From: Eledone cirrhosa | Taxonomy: Eukaryota | NCBI GenBank assembly: GCA_964016885.1 | Contig: OZ024747.1 | Coordinates: 60,264,001 to 60,328,000, forward strand | Direction: 5' to 3' | Length of the DNA: 64,000 nucleotides | Shown: positions 39,173-52,650 of the stretch, one piece after another | Layout: every line of letters starts with the position of its first letter | Position numbering within the stretch: position 1 is the first letter of the stretch | Translations under genes and position numbers: made by a program | The notes under the pieces: generated by a model | What the model saw: the letters and a program-made list of their open reading frames with translations, nothing else | What the model was told of the DNA's origin: nothing | The model's database searches: none

Positions 39173-39540
39173 CACCTGGGAATGATTTATTTATCACCAT
39201 CATTGTGTATTCTTCTGATCTATTTACTGATAAATAATGTATCTAACTGTTTAATTCTCTCAGTAAGTTCTGAGGAAGAAAACAGCAAGGATCACCCTTG
39301 ATGTTTATCAAGAGTCTAGTTTCCAAAATAAAAATACCAGTCATATATTAATCTGTTGTGTGTAGCTTTCTTTATAAAAGAAATGGTTTACAAAAAAATA
39401 TGGTTAACAAAAGTGTTAACCCTTTTTGTACTTGTAACAGAATACAATGTCTATTGAGTGAAGGTGGCTGTGATGATGATATTGTAGTTTAGCCAGCAGA
39501 TAATTTTGATCCAGAAATATATTTACATATATATATATAT

Positions 39541-40046
39541 CATCATCATCATCATCATCATCAACGTTTAACGTCCGTGTTCCACGCTTGCATGGGTTTG
39601 GACGGGGGTAGTCCCACTTGAGGCAAGAGTGATTGTCTTGCTCGCATAGGACTGTCTGGCAGGTTTTCTACAGTTGGATGCCCTTCCTAACACCAACCAC
39701 ATTTACAGTGTGGGTCTGGGAGGTTTTTACCGTGTTGCCTACACGGCCACATTACAGCGTGGACTGTGTGTTTTTTTGTCGTGACACCTACACGATCTCA
39801 TTTGTTTCGGCCTCGATGGCGCGGCACCAACATAACTTTACATAGAACGGGGTGGTGTGGATGGGGTGGGGGTGGTGGGACGGGGTGTATTTTGTTAGGG
39901 ATGCCTACTGGCTGGAGTAGGTTTTACTATATATTTAGGTAAGGCGGGTCTTCTCTGTTACTGAGTACCGCCAAAGGTCTCGGTCCAGTGACATTGTCTT
40001 GGAGAGGTGTAAGTGTGTGATGTCGGAGTTTATCAGCTCGTCCCAG
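39541..40046 (-). mobile_element. Short 3' copy of RTE subfamily B
   Basis: Homologous to 334-829, including the long 3' UTR and the coding end WDELINSDITHLHLSKTMSLDRDLWRY. Confidence 0.9.
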
Positions 40047-40074
<28 letters not shown>

Positions 40075-40078
<4 letters not shown>

Positions 40079-40980
40079 CTGGACATAGGATGTGAGAGTG
40101 GACTTCAAATCACTAAAACTGGCAGAGGAGATGACGAAGGAATGTGACAAGTGGAAAAATGCTGTGCTGAGGATCCATCCAACCCACGGAAGCATGGAAA
40201 AGTGGACATAAAACCGCGATGTTGATGATGATATATATATAATTATTTATTTATACATACATACATATTCACACATGTGACACGAATCTCACTGAGTGTA
40301 TGTTTATATTATGAAAATGAAATTTGAACAGGTTTATGCAATTTTATTAAGACAATAAGGTAATATTTGAAGGAGATTTGGCTGCTATTTCTGGCAGGTC
40401 TAGTAACTGCTATAAACTCATGAAATTCTTTCTGGTGTTAAAGCAGTTCTTAATATATTCTTTTGTCATTTTGTGAATCATAATTTTTACATCCAGTTTT
40501 CCATGCTTGCATGGGTTGGACAGGTTCATTTGTTGCATTCCTTTGCCATGTGAAGACCAGCTCTCATCATATCCACTCATGTCTTTCTTCGTTTTCCTCT
40601 TTTTTTTCTATTTATAACTCCAGGCATTTCTTTACTCATCACCTGTACACATTACATGTCCATACCAGTGCAGTCTTCTCTTTTGCCTGCTCTTATACCC
40701 AGTTTTTCTCTTAAATCATTTGTTCTTTGTTGTTCATACATACTATTATTACATATTCAGTGAAGTATGCTTGCATTGTTTCTTTCTAGTTTATGTACAT
40801 CCTTTACATTCAGTACTCATACTACAACATTGCACTACATATATTATCACTATACAATGTTTCTTTTGCTCAGAGAGAAAAACCTTTTGTTACCAGCAGA
40901 ACTAAGAGATCCCTGAACATTTTCTACCTTATTTTTATTCTAACTACTATATTATACTTTCAGATCACCCTACCCAACTG
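40075..40980. mobile_element. Decayed RTE 3' fragments (+ strand 40075-40230; - strand ~40485-40980)
   Basis: Similarity to 61190-61783, including tail motifs. Confidence 0.6.
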
Positions 40981-42389
40981 ATTGTTATTTCACACTTATG
41001 GTTTGTAATTTTCAAGTAGTTATACTTATTGAAATGAAGTATATATCTGCCTTGCATCATCTTCTCACGAGAATCAATCCATTGATTTTCCTCTTTATAT
41101 CCACAGGAAAAAAACAAACTTTTCTCAAGATCATCTATAATTTCCTTTTTACTCATTTTGCTTTCAAGCCACAGATTCCTTGAGGTATATCCATTACAAA
41201 ATCAAGTTATGAATAACAACAAATCAACATATCTTATCAAACACAACTGCCATTTCAGTCAAATATTCTTCTCATATATTCCATCATTCCATAGGTTTGA
41301 TACAGGGGAAAGATATTTCTACTTCTTCACACATCAATATGAAGTAGAACAATTTTTTTTCTTTATTTCATGTTTTGATTATAACTTTTCATTATTTCTA
41401 TGTTTGTTTTAAATCATCATTGCTTAAGAGTTAACCAATCCTTGCAAATAATCTTCCTGATATCGAAGAAGAAAGTAAATAGAGTATGCTATTGTGTGTC
41501 TTGTTAAATATTTGCCTTTCAAATATCTGATTGCAATTCATCAATCATTTTCTTAATTTGTAAAAGCTTGATTTATAAAAGCATTTCTTTCTGGAGATTA
41601 ATTCATCCTATCTCCTTGGTGTTCCTGATAAGAAAACTTGGTCTTTCTATCAATGTTGCCCTTTCTCAGTATATGCTTCACTCTGTGTATATAGCGCTTT
41701 GTTTGTTTGTTAGCATATTCATTTCTTTCTATGTATGTATGTATGTATGCATGTTTATTTCTGTGTATATATGTATGTATGTTTATTTCTGTGTATATAT
41801 ATGTATGTATGTTTGTTTGTGTCTTTGTATGTATGTATCTATGCATGTATGTATGTATTTATGCATTTATGTATGTAGTATGCATGTATATATGCATGTA
41901 TGTATGTAGTAAGCATGCATGTAGGTATGGTCTTGTATGTGTGTATGTATTTATGCATTTATGTAAGTTCTTCTGGTTTTATAATTTCACAAATGTTTGC
42001 CAATAAAGAGAGAGTCGGTTTCTAACATAGATACAAGACTCTCTCATTGGAATTTACACATCAACTAGGTAGATATGTATGCATGTGTAGATATCGATGT
42101 TATTGTATATGTGGATGTTTTGAGTTGTATGTGTGCATGTGTATATGCTTTGTATCTGTACATGTGTATATGCAGTTATTAGTTGATTTGCCGAAATGTT
42201 GGCGTATTTATCCGTCGTAAATATTCATCCCCTATTTCGTCAATAACACATAATATTTCATTATTTGGTTTTAGTTCAAATCCCGCCGAGATTAACTTTA
42301 CCTTTCATCCTTACGGGTCGATAAAATAAAGTACCAGTAATGTACTGGGTATTTTCTGGCCTTGTGCCAATAGTAGAAACAATTATTTG

Positions 42390-43285
42390 TTTTTTTTTTA
42401 TTAAATATTGTTGTTTTAATACGTTCAGCAAGAGAAATGTTTATACATGAATTAATTTCTCTCTGGAAGATTTCGTTGAGGGAAATTTTCAATTGTTTAT
42501 ACTTTTGATTATTATCATTATCGATAGTATTTTCCACAACAGTTGAGGTAGACTCGGATAGTACACATGGTGTCAAATTTCTTCGATTATTATTATTATC
42601 GATAGTGTTTTCTCCAGCATTCGAGGTAGACTTAGATAGTACAGGTGCTGTCAAATTTCTTACAGGCACAGTTGTTTCAAGGCACTGTTCGACCTGGTGG
42701 CTAGGAAGTCTAGTATCATGGCGCCCTGTAGCACGTGTTGTTAATTCCATGTTTGTTGTGGGGGACTTATAATTAATAAAATTTATCTTATTTTTACGTT
42801 CAACAAAAGTCGCTTTGAAGTGATTTAGCTCTGGGTGTATTTCGTCCCAGTGTAGCTTCATTCTGTATATATAGCCAATGGAGGGATTGTTTTTTTGCCA
42901 TTTTATAACAATTAAACAAATCATCATTACGTTTGCAACTCCAAGAGAAATGCAATTTATATTTTCGGTTTCTTCTGTAGCTACAACTGAATAAATTTGG
43001 TTTAGCTTTCTCGTTTTCCTTCGGTACTCCACTAATGTTGTTGTTGTTGATGTTTGTGTTCAGCCATGCTGTATGTAGCAAATCCTTGTAAAATGAATTA
43101 TGTATTTAGTCGAATATCTCTACGATTTCGAATAAAAGGTGTCTTCAGTGGATATAGTTAGAAGAATAGCCAGTTATTCAACATGACTTGTAGTTGTGGT
43201 ATTACTGTCGGAGATAGTATTCATCTTACATTTAATGAAAAGTCTCCCACGCCAAAATATGCGACTGATCGCGTTGACTGACTAT
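42390..43285 (-). pseudogene. 5' fragment of an R4/Dong-like (RLE-type) LINE, N-terminal Myb-like region
   Basis: Joining frames gives KLHFSWSCKRNDDLFNCYKMAKK-NPSIGYIYRMKLHWDEIHPELNHF, resembling R4/Dong N-termini (recognition from memory). It has a 26-aa tandem duplication and is cut by a SINE B piece at 42273-42385. Confidence 0.55.
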
Positions 43286-43498
43286 GTATGTAGTATGCAT
43301 GTATGTATGTATGTATGTATGTATGTATGTATCTATGCATTTATGTATGTATGTATGTATCTATGCATTTATGTATGTTTGTATGTATCTATGCATTTAT
43401 GTATGTATGTATGTATGTATGTATCTATGCATTTATGTATGTTTGTATGTATCTATGCATTTATGTATGTATGTATGTATGTATGTATGTATGTATGT

Positions 43499-43791
43499 AT
43501 ATCATCTTGGTTAAGAGAGTGGGACTGGCTTTGTGCAGTGCCTTTGCTCACTATAAAAGCTTCACAGCACAGGCATTGCTTTGTATCTGGAGATCTCTCT
43601 GCACTTGTCATCACATGGTACCATGGGCCCTGCACTATGTGTCAATAATGGTCACAAGTGTAGTCTTTGTACCAGAGTTTTCAAGTCGCTGGCTGGACTA
43701 AAAAGTCACATTCTTTCAGCGCATCGGTAGGGGTTCTCCTACATGGATATAAAGTAGTGGCCGTACTCGAAAACGAGTTGGCAGCCACCAT
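43499..43791 (+). mobile_element. 5'-truncated copy of the 23193 element
   Basis: Matches 23512-23803 and is embedded in (TATG)n. Confidence 0.85.
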
Positions 43792-44332
43792 GTATGTATG
43801 TATGTATGTATGTATGTATGTATGTATGTATGTATGTATGTATGTATGTATGCATGTATGGTCTTGGATGTATGTATGTATGCAAGTATGCATGTAAGTA
43901 TGTATGGTCTTGTATGCAAGTGTGTATGCAAGTATGTATGTATGTGAGTGTATATATATATATGTGTGTGGTATGTATGGCTCTGAGTATGGGTTTATAT
44001 TATGTGTATGGCTCTGTGGTGTGTATGCATATAGATTTTTATGATGTGCTTCTATGTGTATCTGTATGTATAGTTTTGTGTGGTGTGTGCGTGTGTATGT
44101 GTATACATTTGTGTGATGTATGTGTATGTATAGGTTTGTGTGGTGGGCATGTACGTATATAACTTTTTTATGTGTATTTTCCTTTTCTGTAGCAAATTTA
44201 TTCTCGACTTGTCAAAACTATTCAAGTGTTCTTTTGTTCATTAAATATGTTTTACTCTCCATGTAACCATAATCTCTTATACTTGGTGTCACATCGACAC
44301 AAAGAAGCATATATATGCATACACACTCTGGA

Positions 44333-44662
44333 GGCACATGGTTTAGTGGTTAGAGCATTGGCCTTGCAATCGAAAGGTTGTGAGTTCAATTCTCAGACCG
44401 GGTGATGAGTTGTTTCCTTGAGCAAAACACTTTATTTCACATTGCTCCAGTTTACTCAGCTGTAGAAATGAGGTGATAGGACTGGGGTCCCTATCATTCC
44501 ATTGCAAAGTGGTCGTGGAGGTGCCACGGCAAAAAAGCACCCAGCACTCACTGTAAATGAGGTTGGTGTTAGGAAGGGCATCCAGCTGTAAAAATCAAGC
44601 CAGAATCAGTTCCCGTCCCACCCATGCAAGCAGGGAAAAAGCGGACATAAAATGAAATGATG
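44333..44662 (+). mobile_element. SINE family A, full length
   Basis: Matches 5442-5775. Confidence 0.9.
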
Positions 44663-44741
44663 ACTCACACATACCCATACATGTTTACACACAGACAATA
44701 CTATTGTCAGTTCGGAAAGCCACTATACACACTTTTATATA

Positions 44742-44818
44742 CAGGGTGTCCCCAAGAAATGTATACACACTTCAACAGCATTCTAATCAAAGTGTGTATA
44801 CATTTTTGGGACACCTTG
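44742..44818. mobile_element. 77-bp Tc1/mariner-type MITE
   Basis: TA-CAGGGTGTCCCCAAGAAATGTATACACACTT ... AAGTGTGTATACATTTTTGGGACACCTTG-TA. Confidence 0.85.
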
Positions 44819-45104
44819 TATATATATATATATATATATATAACAGCCTTCCTAGTGCTGGTGCCATGATAAACTACACAACACACTGTAACTCTGTTGA
44901 GTAAGAAAATATATGGAAGTAAGATGATGATCTGGTCCATCTGAGAGATCAGTGGCGCCAATTAATACTGATAGGTCTGTGAAAACCAATCAAACTGTTG
45001 CTAGCAGCAAGCATGGAAGACATTTCCATCTCTGGACCATCCAACATCATATCAATATATATATATATATAACTGAATAACCTACATTATATATATATAT
45101 ATAG

Positions 45105-45185
45105 GTACAATTCCGTTACAACGAATACCATTATAACAAAATTTTTTTTAACCTCATGAATTTCGTTATGACGGAATTTCACTGT
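45105..45185. mobile_element. ~80-bp pogo/Tigger-like mini-MITE
   Basis: AATTCCGTTACAACGAA ... TTCGTTATGACGGAATTTCACTG inverted ends. Confidence 0.6.
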
Positions 45186-45784
45186 GTATATATAAAAATT
45201 AAGTTTTCTCAAAGATCGAGTTGAGGTGCGAGTGTATTAAAGATTATAGAATAATGAGAAAAACTAACACAAGGATAGCTGCCAAAGCAGAAAAAGGCTA
45301 TCAATGATGGCATCGGGTAAGATCTTACCTCAAAGGACAGGAATAAAGAGTTAGAAGTGCATTGGTACAGAGAAGTGATAGGGAGAGAGGAGCAAGGGAA
45401 GAAAATGAAAATGAACAAGACAAAAATGACACCAACTTCATATTACATCATCAGCCATCATACTGGAATGTAGTTTCACATGATTTAATAATCACAAAAA
45501 ACGTTTTCCTCATGACCTCATTTCCAGTAATTTTCAATACAGCTTGATCTGTACTCATCATATTCTATTTCATCTAATGTCTTTTTCCTATTATTTTCTC
45601 ATTTTCTCTGTTTCCAATGAAAAGCTTATCTTTGAAATGTTAAAGACCTTTCTATTGCTATTTCCAGAACATCAGCATAATAACCACACTGGTGTAACTT
45701 GTCTTTCATATTGTTATTCTTTGTCATAAATTTTACACCTTGATATATATATGTGTGCATGTGTATATGTTTATATATATATAC

Positions 45785-45834
<50 letters not shown>

Positions 45835-45950
45835 TTATATTTATAAATCTGTATTCCAATGTTACTAAGTAGTCGCATTGGATGGAGTCTATTGACGTCG
45901 GAGATTGCTCAACGTATAATAAAGTGTGTTTTAAAATCCGGAGAAAATAT

Positions 45951-46037
45951 GAAGTTTATGAAACGGAAATGCGGGTATAAAGAATTTATTGTTACCTAAT
46001 AAATTCTTTATACCCGCATTTCCGTTTCATAAACTTC
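45951..46037. repeat. Perfect inverted repeat, 40-bp arms, 7-bp spacer
   Basis: GAAGTTTATGAAACGGAAATGCGGGTATAAAGAATTTATT-gttacct-AATAAATTCTTTATACCCGCATTTCCGTTTCATAAACTTC. Confidence 0.92.
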
Positions 46038-46050
46038 TTCTTCATATATA

Positions 46051-46102
<52 letters not shown>

Positions 46103-46243
46103 TATATATACACATATATATATATATGTATATGCATATATATACGTATATATTTTATACATGTTTATATATATATATATATGTATATGCATATATATAC
46201 GTATATATTATATACATGTTTATATATATACATATATATTTAT

Positions 46244-46274
<31 letters not shown>

Positions 46275-46276
<2 letters not shown>

Positions 46277-46744
46277 CAATATTAAATAAATGGAAAACTA
46301 TATTTATAAAACCATATTTATTTCATTATATATATTTCGGGGATATCATATTAACAATATGCTATGCCTTCATCAGACAAAATACAATATAAACAGTTTT
46401 ATAGATAAATATATTCGACATACCGTAATAAACATCAACTTCATTTGAAGAGGTTTACGCTAGCAGTGAAAATACAGAGAGAAAGAAAGAGAGAAAGAAA
46501 AGAGGGAAAAACGAAAGAAAGAAAGACAAAACGAAGAAAAGGAAGAAAAAGAAGAAAAAGAAAAAGAAGAAATGCATGGAACAAAATAGAGAGATGGAAA
46601 AATAGATAAAGTGAAGAGCTTCATGTAAAGAGACAGAAAGATATATATATATATATAGAGAGAGGAAATAGAGATAGATACATATATATATATAGAAAAT
46701 TAGGTAGTGGGAGGTCATTTTGAGTAAGTGTATCAATGATGCAT

Positions 46745-46783
<39 letters not shown>

Positions 46784-47633
46784 GCTCAAGTATTAATGTA
46801 AGGGAGATATATAGAGAGATATAGAGAGAAAAAAATTTAAAAATATCCAGACATATTCGAGGCGTAGAAAACCCTATGTTTTAATGTATTAGTATTTATA
46901 AAACTTACACTACACTGTAAATATCAGTATTCCTGAATGAAACAAGTATTCACAATGTGTGAAAATTCATTATCTTATGTTTAGTTTTAAAAATTCATAT
47001 GTCTATGTGACAGCTACAAATCTCAATGTCAATCCAACTGATTCACTCCGCAAACTCTAAATTATCGGAAAACATTCTCAATGTGGTATAAAAATTTGAG
47101 CGTATTATTATTCTTGCGATTACTCTACGAGATTATCTATCAAGCAGAAATAGAGAGCAGATTTCAATATACTAATCGAAAATATATATTATATTATAAA
47201 CAAAGATAACAATAATAATAATAATAAGTAAAAATATAGAATAGAAAACTAAAAAAATATTACGAAAGAATATTACATAATAAAAAATATTGCATATTAA
47301 AAATACTACGTATTAAAAAATATTACGTATTAAAGATTTACATATAAAAATTTACATATAAAAATATACATATAAAAATTTACATATAAAAATTTACATA
47401 TAAAAATATATAAAAATATTTAAAAAAAAAATAAAATAAAAATAAAAATATTATAGAATACTACAATACTAAAAGAATAAAAGTAAAAATAAAAATAAAA
47501 ATAAAAATAAAAATAAAAATAAACCACAAAAAACAACCCTTCAAAGTTAATTGACAATATATTGCCAAGTTCATATATCTCTCTATATCTCTCTATATCT
47601 CTCTATATATCTCCCTTACATTAATACTTGAGC

Positions 47634-47668
<35 letters not shown>

Positions 47669-48136
47669 ATGCATCATTGATACACTTACTCAAAATGACC
47701 TCCCACTACCTAATTTTCTATATATATATGTATCTATCTCTATTTCCTCTCTCTCTATATATATATATATCTTTCTGTCTCTTTACATGAAGCTCTTCAC
47801 TTTATCTATTTTTCCATCTCTCTATTTTGTTCCATGCATTTCTTCTTTTTCTTTTTCTTCTTTTTCTTCCTTTTCTTCGTTTTGTCTTTCTTTCTTTCGT
47901 TTTTCCCTCTTTTCTTTCTCTCTTTCTTTCTCTCTGTATTTTCACTGCTAGCGTAAACCTCTTCAAATGAAGTTGATGTTTATTACGGTATGTCGAATAT
48001 ATTTATCTATAAAACTGTTTATATTGTATTTTGTCTGATGAAGGCATAGCATATTGTTAATATGATATCCCCGAAATATATATAATGAAATAAATATGGT
48101 TTTATAAATATAGTTTTCCATTTATTTAATATTGTA
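46275..48136. mobile_element. ~550-bp near-identical inverted repeats (46275-46829 / 47589-48136) around a ~760-bp AT-rich spacer; hammerhead motif in each arm
   Basis: By eye the arms differ only in (TTTA)n and (GA)n lengths. CTGATGA-AGGCATAGCATATT-GTT-AATATGATATCCCC-GAAATATATA at 48035-48082 (+), mirrored at ~46329-46376 (-). Confidence 0.85.
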
Positions 48137-48223
48137 AATATACTCCAAATATTTGTCGAGTGCTTTTATATCAGTTATAAATATTTACTAGTTGTAACCC
48201 AACAATTTTAAATATAACTTTAC

Positions 48224-48266
<43 letters not shown>

Positions 48267-48376
48267 CATATCTTATATTATTTATACTCCAGTCCTACAA
48301 ACTGTAGAGTGCTACTTATCCGATATTTGCATTGCTTTATTGTGCTACAATAAAACTCACCTGCTACATATATGTT

Positions 48377-48407
<31 letters not shown>

Positions 48408-48440
48408 TTATATACATGTATGTATGTATGAATGAAGTGG

Positions 48441-48715
48441 AGGCACGTGGCCTAGTGGTAACAGTGTTGGACTTACGATCATAATGTTGTGGGTTCGATT
48501 CCTGGGCTGTGTTGTGTTCTTGAGCAAGACACTTCATTTCACGTTGCTCCAGTATACTCAGTTGAAAATGTGTACCAGCAATAGCTGGAAGTTTAACTCT
48601 GCGATGGACTGGCGTCCTGTCCAGGGGGGAGTCTTGTACTCTGTCGCTTCATGCCATGAAACCGAGATAAGCACCGGCCAAATGAGCCTTCTGGCTTAAG
48701 ACAGACTTTAGATTT
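48441..48715 (+). mobile_element. tRNA/CORE-like SINE with a third tail type
   Basis: A/B boxes TGGCCTAGTGG / GGGTTCGATTCC; core TTGAGCAAGACACTTCATTTCACGTTGCTCCAG; tail CTGCGATGGACTGGCGTCCTGTCCAGGG. Confidence 0.8.
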
Positions 48716-48880
48716 TTTTTTAGATGTATGTATGTGTATATATGTATATATTTATGTATGTGTATATATGTATGTATGTATATATATGTACGTATGTATA
48801 TGTATGTATATATATATGTATATATGTATACATATGTGTGTATATGTATATATATATGTATGTATATGTATATATGCATG

Positions 48881-48914
<34 letters not shown>

Positions 48915-48996
48915 TGTATATATATATATATGTATATATATGTATGTATGTATATATATGTATGTATGTATAGATATATATGTATATATGTATGTA

Positions 48997-49129
<133 letters not shown>

Positions 49130-49489
49130 ATATATATGTGTATATATATAATATATATATAATATGTATATCCAAATACAAGGGAAACGGATGTTAAATG
49201 ATGAGGACAGGCATACACACGTGTAGTGCGTGTGTGTGTGCGTATATGTGTGTGTGTGTATGTGTGTGCGTATATATGTGTGTGTGTATAATTTGTTCCA
49301 TAATATTTTATTGAATAATCTAAACTGAATATTCTTCAATGTCTTCAGTTGTCCATAAATATATTTTGTTGGTGATTTATATTCATTTATTGGAATTAAC
49401 CCTTTCAATTTCTAAACACAAGTTTTTTTTTACATAAATTAACATTTTATTCCTTTGCATTAGCACACATGTATAGATGTGTGGATAGG

Positions 49490-49557
<68 letters not shown>

Positions 49558-50261
49558 TGTATGTGAGAGGGAGAGAGATGTGTGGGTGTGAGTGAGAGAG
49601 GTATGTGTAGGAGTGAGAGAGAGTGGTGTGTGTGTTTGAGAGAGAGAGAGAGGTTGTATGTGAGAGGGAGAGAGGTGTGTGTGTGTGTGTGAGAGAGGTA
49701 TGTGTGTGTGTGTATGAGTGAGAGAGAGAGAGAGAGTGGTGTGTGTGTGTTTGAGAGAGAGAGGTGCATGTGAGAGAGAGAGAAAGAGAGGTGCATGTGA
49801 GAGAGAGAGAGAGAGGGGTGTATGTGTGTGAGAGAGATTGAAAGGGGGGAGTAAATATGTAAAAATAGAATACACTTTTGTTACAAACAAACTCCTACAC
49901 CTATTATTCACAATCAAGATTAACTTTTAGTAGGACTGGTGGCTTTCGGATTAGAGCATTGGGCTGGGTGGTGTGTTGTGTCCTTGAGCAAGACACATTA
50001 TTTCATGCTGTTCCAGTAGTCAGAACCTATATCTTCTACTCCATTAATAATATTGAAAGCTCTACTAAGAGAACAAATGATCTGTTGCTTCTCGTTTCTC
50101 CACACCAGATGAGATCAAGCTATCCTCTTTTTTTATGTACCATGGATTCACTAAGGGATTTAGATTCCCATGAGCTGCGAGCAGACACACTCTGCCTTCT
50201 TCCTATGAGACAGTTGCAATTAACTGATGTCTTCGACGTATTTTAACTAGCTCATAGTAGT

Positions 50262-50292
<31 letters not shown>

Positions 50293-50774
50293 TTATATGT
50301 GTGTGAAGTTCATATTCTCAGCATTTATGTGGCCAATTTTTGAAGCTGGAGGAGCTCATCAGCTTTTCAGGTCTGAACACAGTTGATTTCTCCCAGAGAA
50401 GGAGAGAGAAGAAATGAGAAAGAGATATAGAGGAAGAGTTGACCAACTCCAGTCAGGGCCAGATTTAATGGGGGTCAAAGGGGGCAATTGTCCTAGGCCC
50501 CCTGCAGTAAGGAGCCCCACCAGTGACCACCATAGCAATTGATTTGTGCCCTCAGCTGGGTTTTTTAGTGATAGGATGGTTTAAAGTTTTGAATTTAATA
50601 CTTGTATGTATAACTTTTCAATTCCAATTACTTTCGCCAAGCTAACTTTGATATGTAAATTTGGCGGGGTTTGCTGTGTATTCTAATTTTTTGTGTATGA
50701 GGGGGGCCCCCCAAACCTGAACTCCCCCACCCCCAGGACAAATGGATGTTAAACAGTAATGATGATGATATATA

Positions 50775-51117
50775 TATATGTATGTATGTATCCAATGATG
50801 TTGACTTGTTCTTCTTTTTGGTAAATATCATCTTGGTTAAGAGAGTGGGACTGGCTTTGTGCAGTGCCTTTGCTCACTATAAAAGCTTCACGGTGCAGGC
50901 ATTGCTTTATATCTGGAGATCTCTCTGCACTTTTCATCACATGGTACCATGGGACCAGCACTATGTGTCAATAATTGTCACAAGTGTAGTGTTTGTACCA
51001 GAGTTTTCAATTCGCTGGCTGGACTAAAATGTTACACTCGTTCAGCGCATCGGTAGGGGTTCTCCTACATGGATATAAAGTTGTGGTCGTACTCGAAAAC
51101 GAGTTGGCAGCCACCAT
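50775..51117 (+). mobile_element. 5'-truncated copy of the 23193 element
   Basis: Matches 23475-23803. Confidence 0.85.
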
Positions 51118-52199
51118 GTATATATATATATGTATCATATTCCACCTGGTTGTAGTGGGGCTGTTAATAGTGTTTCTGAAGAAGACTGCTGACTGAACAC
51201 AGATTTCGAGACAAGAGATAGGTGGTAGCTTAACCACTTCCATGCTAGTTGATGCATTGACCTCCAATGATCAATCAACCCTCTGAAACGACCATAAACA
51301 ATGAACTAACTACCTACCTACATCTGACTACTGTCTTTTTTCCATTGTTCTAGGCACAAACTCACATATATTTATATATATTTATGTTTATCTAGTTTAG
51401 AATAAATACACCATAAGCCTGCATGTCATAAGAACCAAATAAATGTGTTAATGTCAGGAAGAGCATCTAGCTTTAAAACATTTTGTTTTATGTATACATT
51501 CCTTAGAGAGAGGGTTTCCTCTGTATGCTTGTGAGCATGTATTCAAGAGAGAGTATGTATGAAATGTATAAGGTGGGCGAAGGGCAGTTTACTCTATCGA
51601 TTTGTCTGTATAATTGTTGTGTGAAACAATAAAATAGTGTATATAGTGAAATACTTATATTGTTTGCCTGTTCAATTGTTACATCTCTAAGACTGGGGAA
51701 GTGCTACACAGTTTATTTCTGAGCTGTGATAAGATTTTATTATTGAAATAACTAAAGCACACATCAGAAGCTATCACAAAGAAAAAAGCCCAAACATTGC
51801 AATTCTTTGATGGAACTAATGGCCTTATTGATTAGCTGGCAAACATTAGATAAATTATTGAATATTGATAAAATAATATCACAGAGAAGAAACAGAAACA
51901 AACAAAGCAAGAAAAAGAATTAGAAGAAGAAAACAGCCATTAGGAGTGAATTTCCTTAATTTGAATATTTTCCTGGCAGAACAGAACAGCAAAGGTTTGT
52001 GTCTGTCTGTGTGTGTAAGGGAGAGACAGTGAGAGAGAGGGGAAGAGGAATGTGCCATAAGAAAAAAAGTGTAATATATATTAATGTTTTGTATATGGAA
52101 TTTCCTTAATTTTGATATATTCCTAGCTGAACAGTGTAGGAACTGCTTCTACATATGTATGCGTATGTGTGCATGTGAGAGCAAGAGAGAGAGAGAGTC

Positions 52200-52229
52200 A
52201 TAAAGTGAGAGATCAAATGGGAGAGAAAG

Positions 52230-52313
<84 letters not shown>

Positions 52314-52378
52314 ATATACACACACACACACAGAGTGAGTGAGAGACAGTGAGAGATCAAACAGGAGAGAAAGGCAGA

Positions 52379-52442
<64 letters not shown>

Positions 52443-52500
52443 CACACACACAGAGAGTGAGTGAGAGACAGTGAGAGATCAAACAGGAGAGAAAGGCAGA

Positions 52501-52564
<64 letters not shown>

Positions 52565-52650
52565 CACACACACAGAGAGTGAGTGAGAGACAGTGAGAGA
52601 TCAAACAGGAGAGAAAGGCAGATATCTCCCTCTCTCTCTCTATATATATA
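52200..52650. repeat. Four ~120-150-bp tandem units, each containing (CT)n(TA)n(CA)n
   Basis: GTGAGAGATCAAA..GGAGAGAAAGGCAGAT recurs at ~52206, 52349, 52471 and 52593. Confidence 0.88.

Noticed and set aside
43115-43155. CTGAAGA..CGAAATCGTA on the minus strand upstream of the Dong-like ORF
   Set aside because: Stems I and II do not pair, so it is not supportable as a ribozyme.
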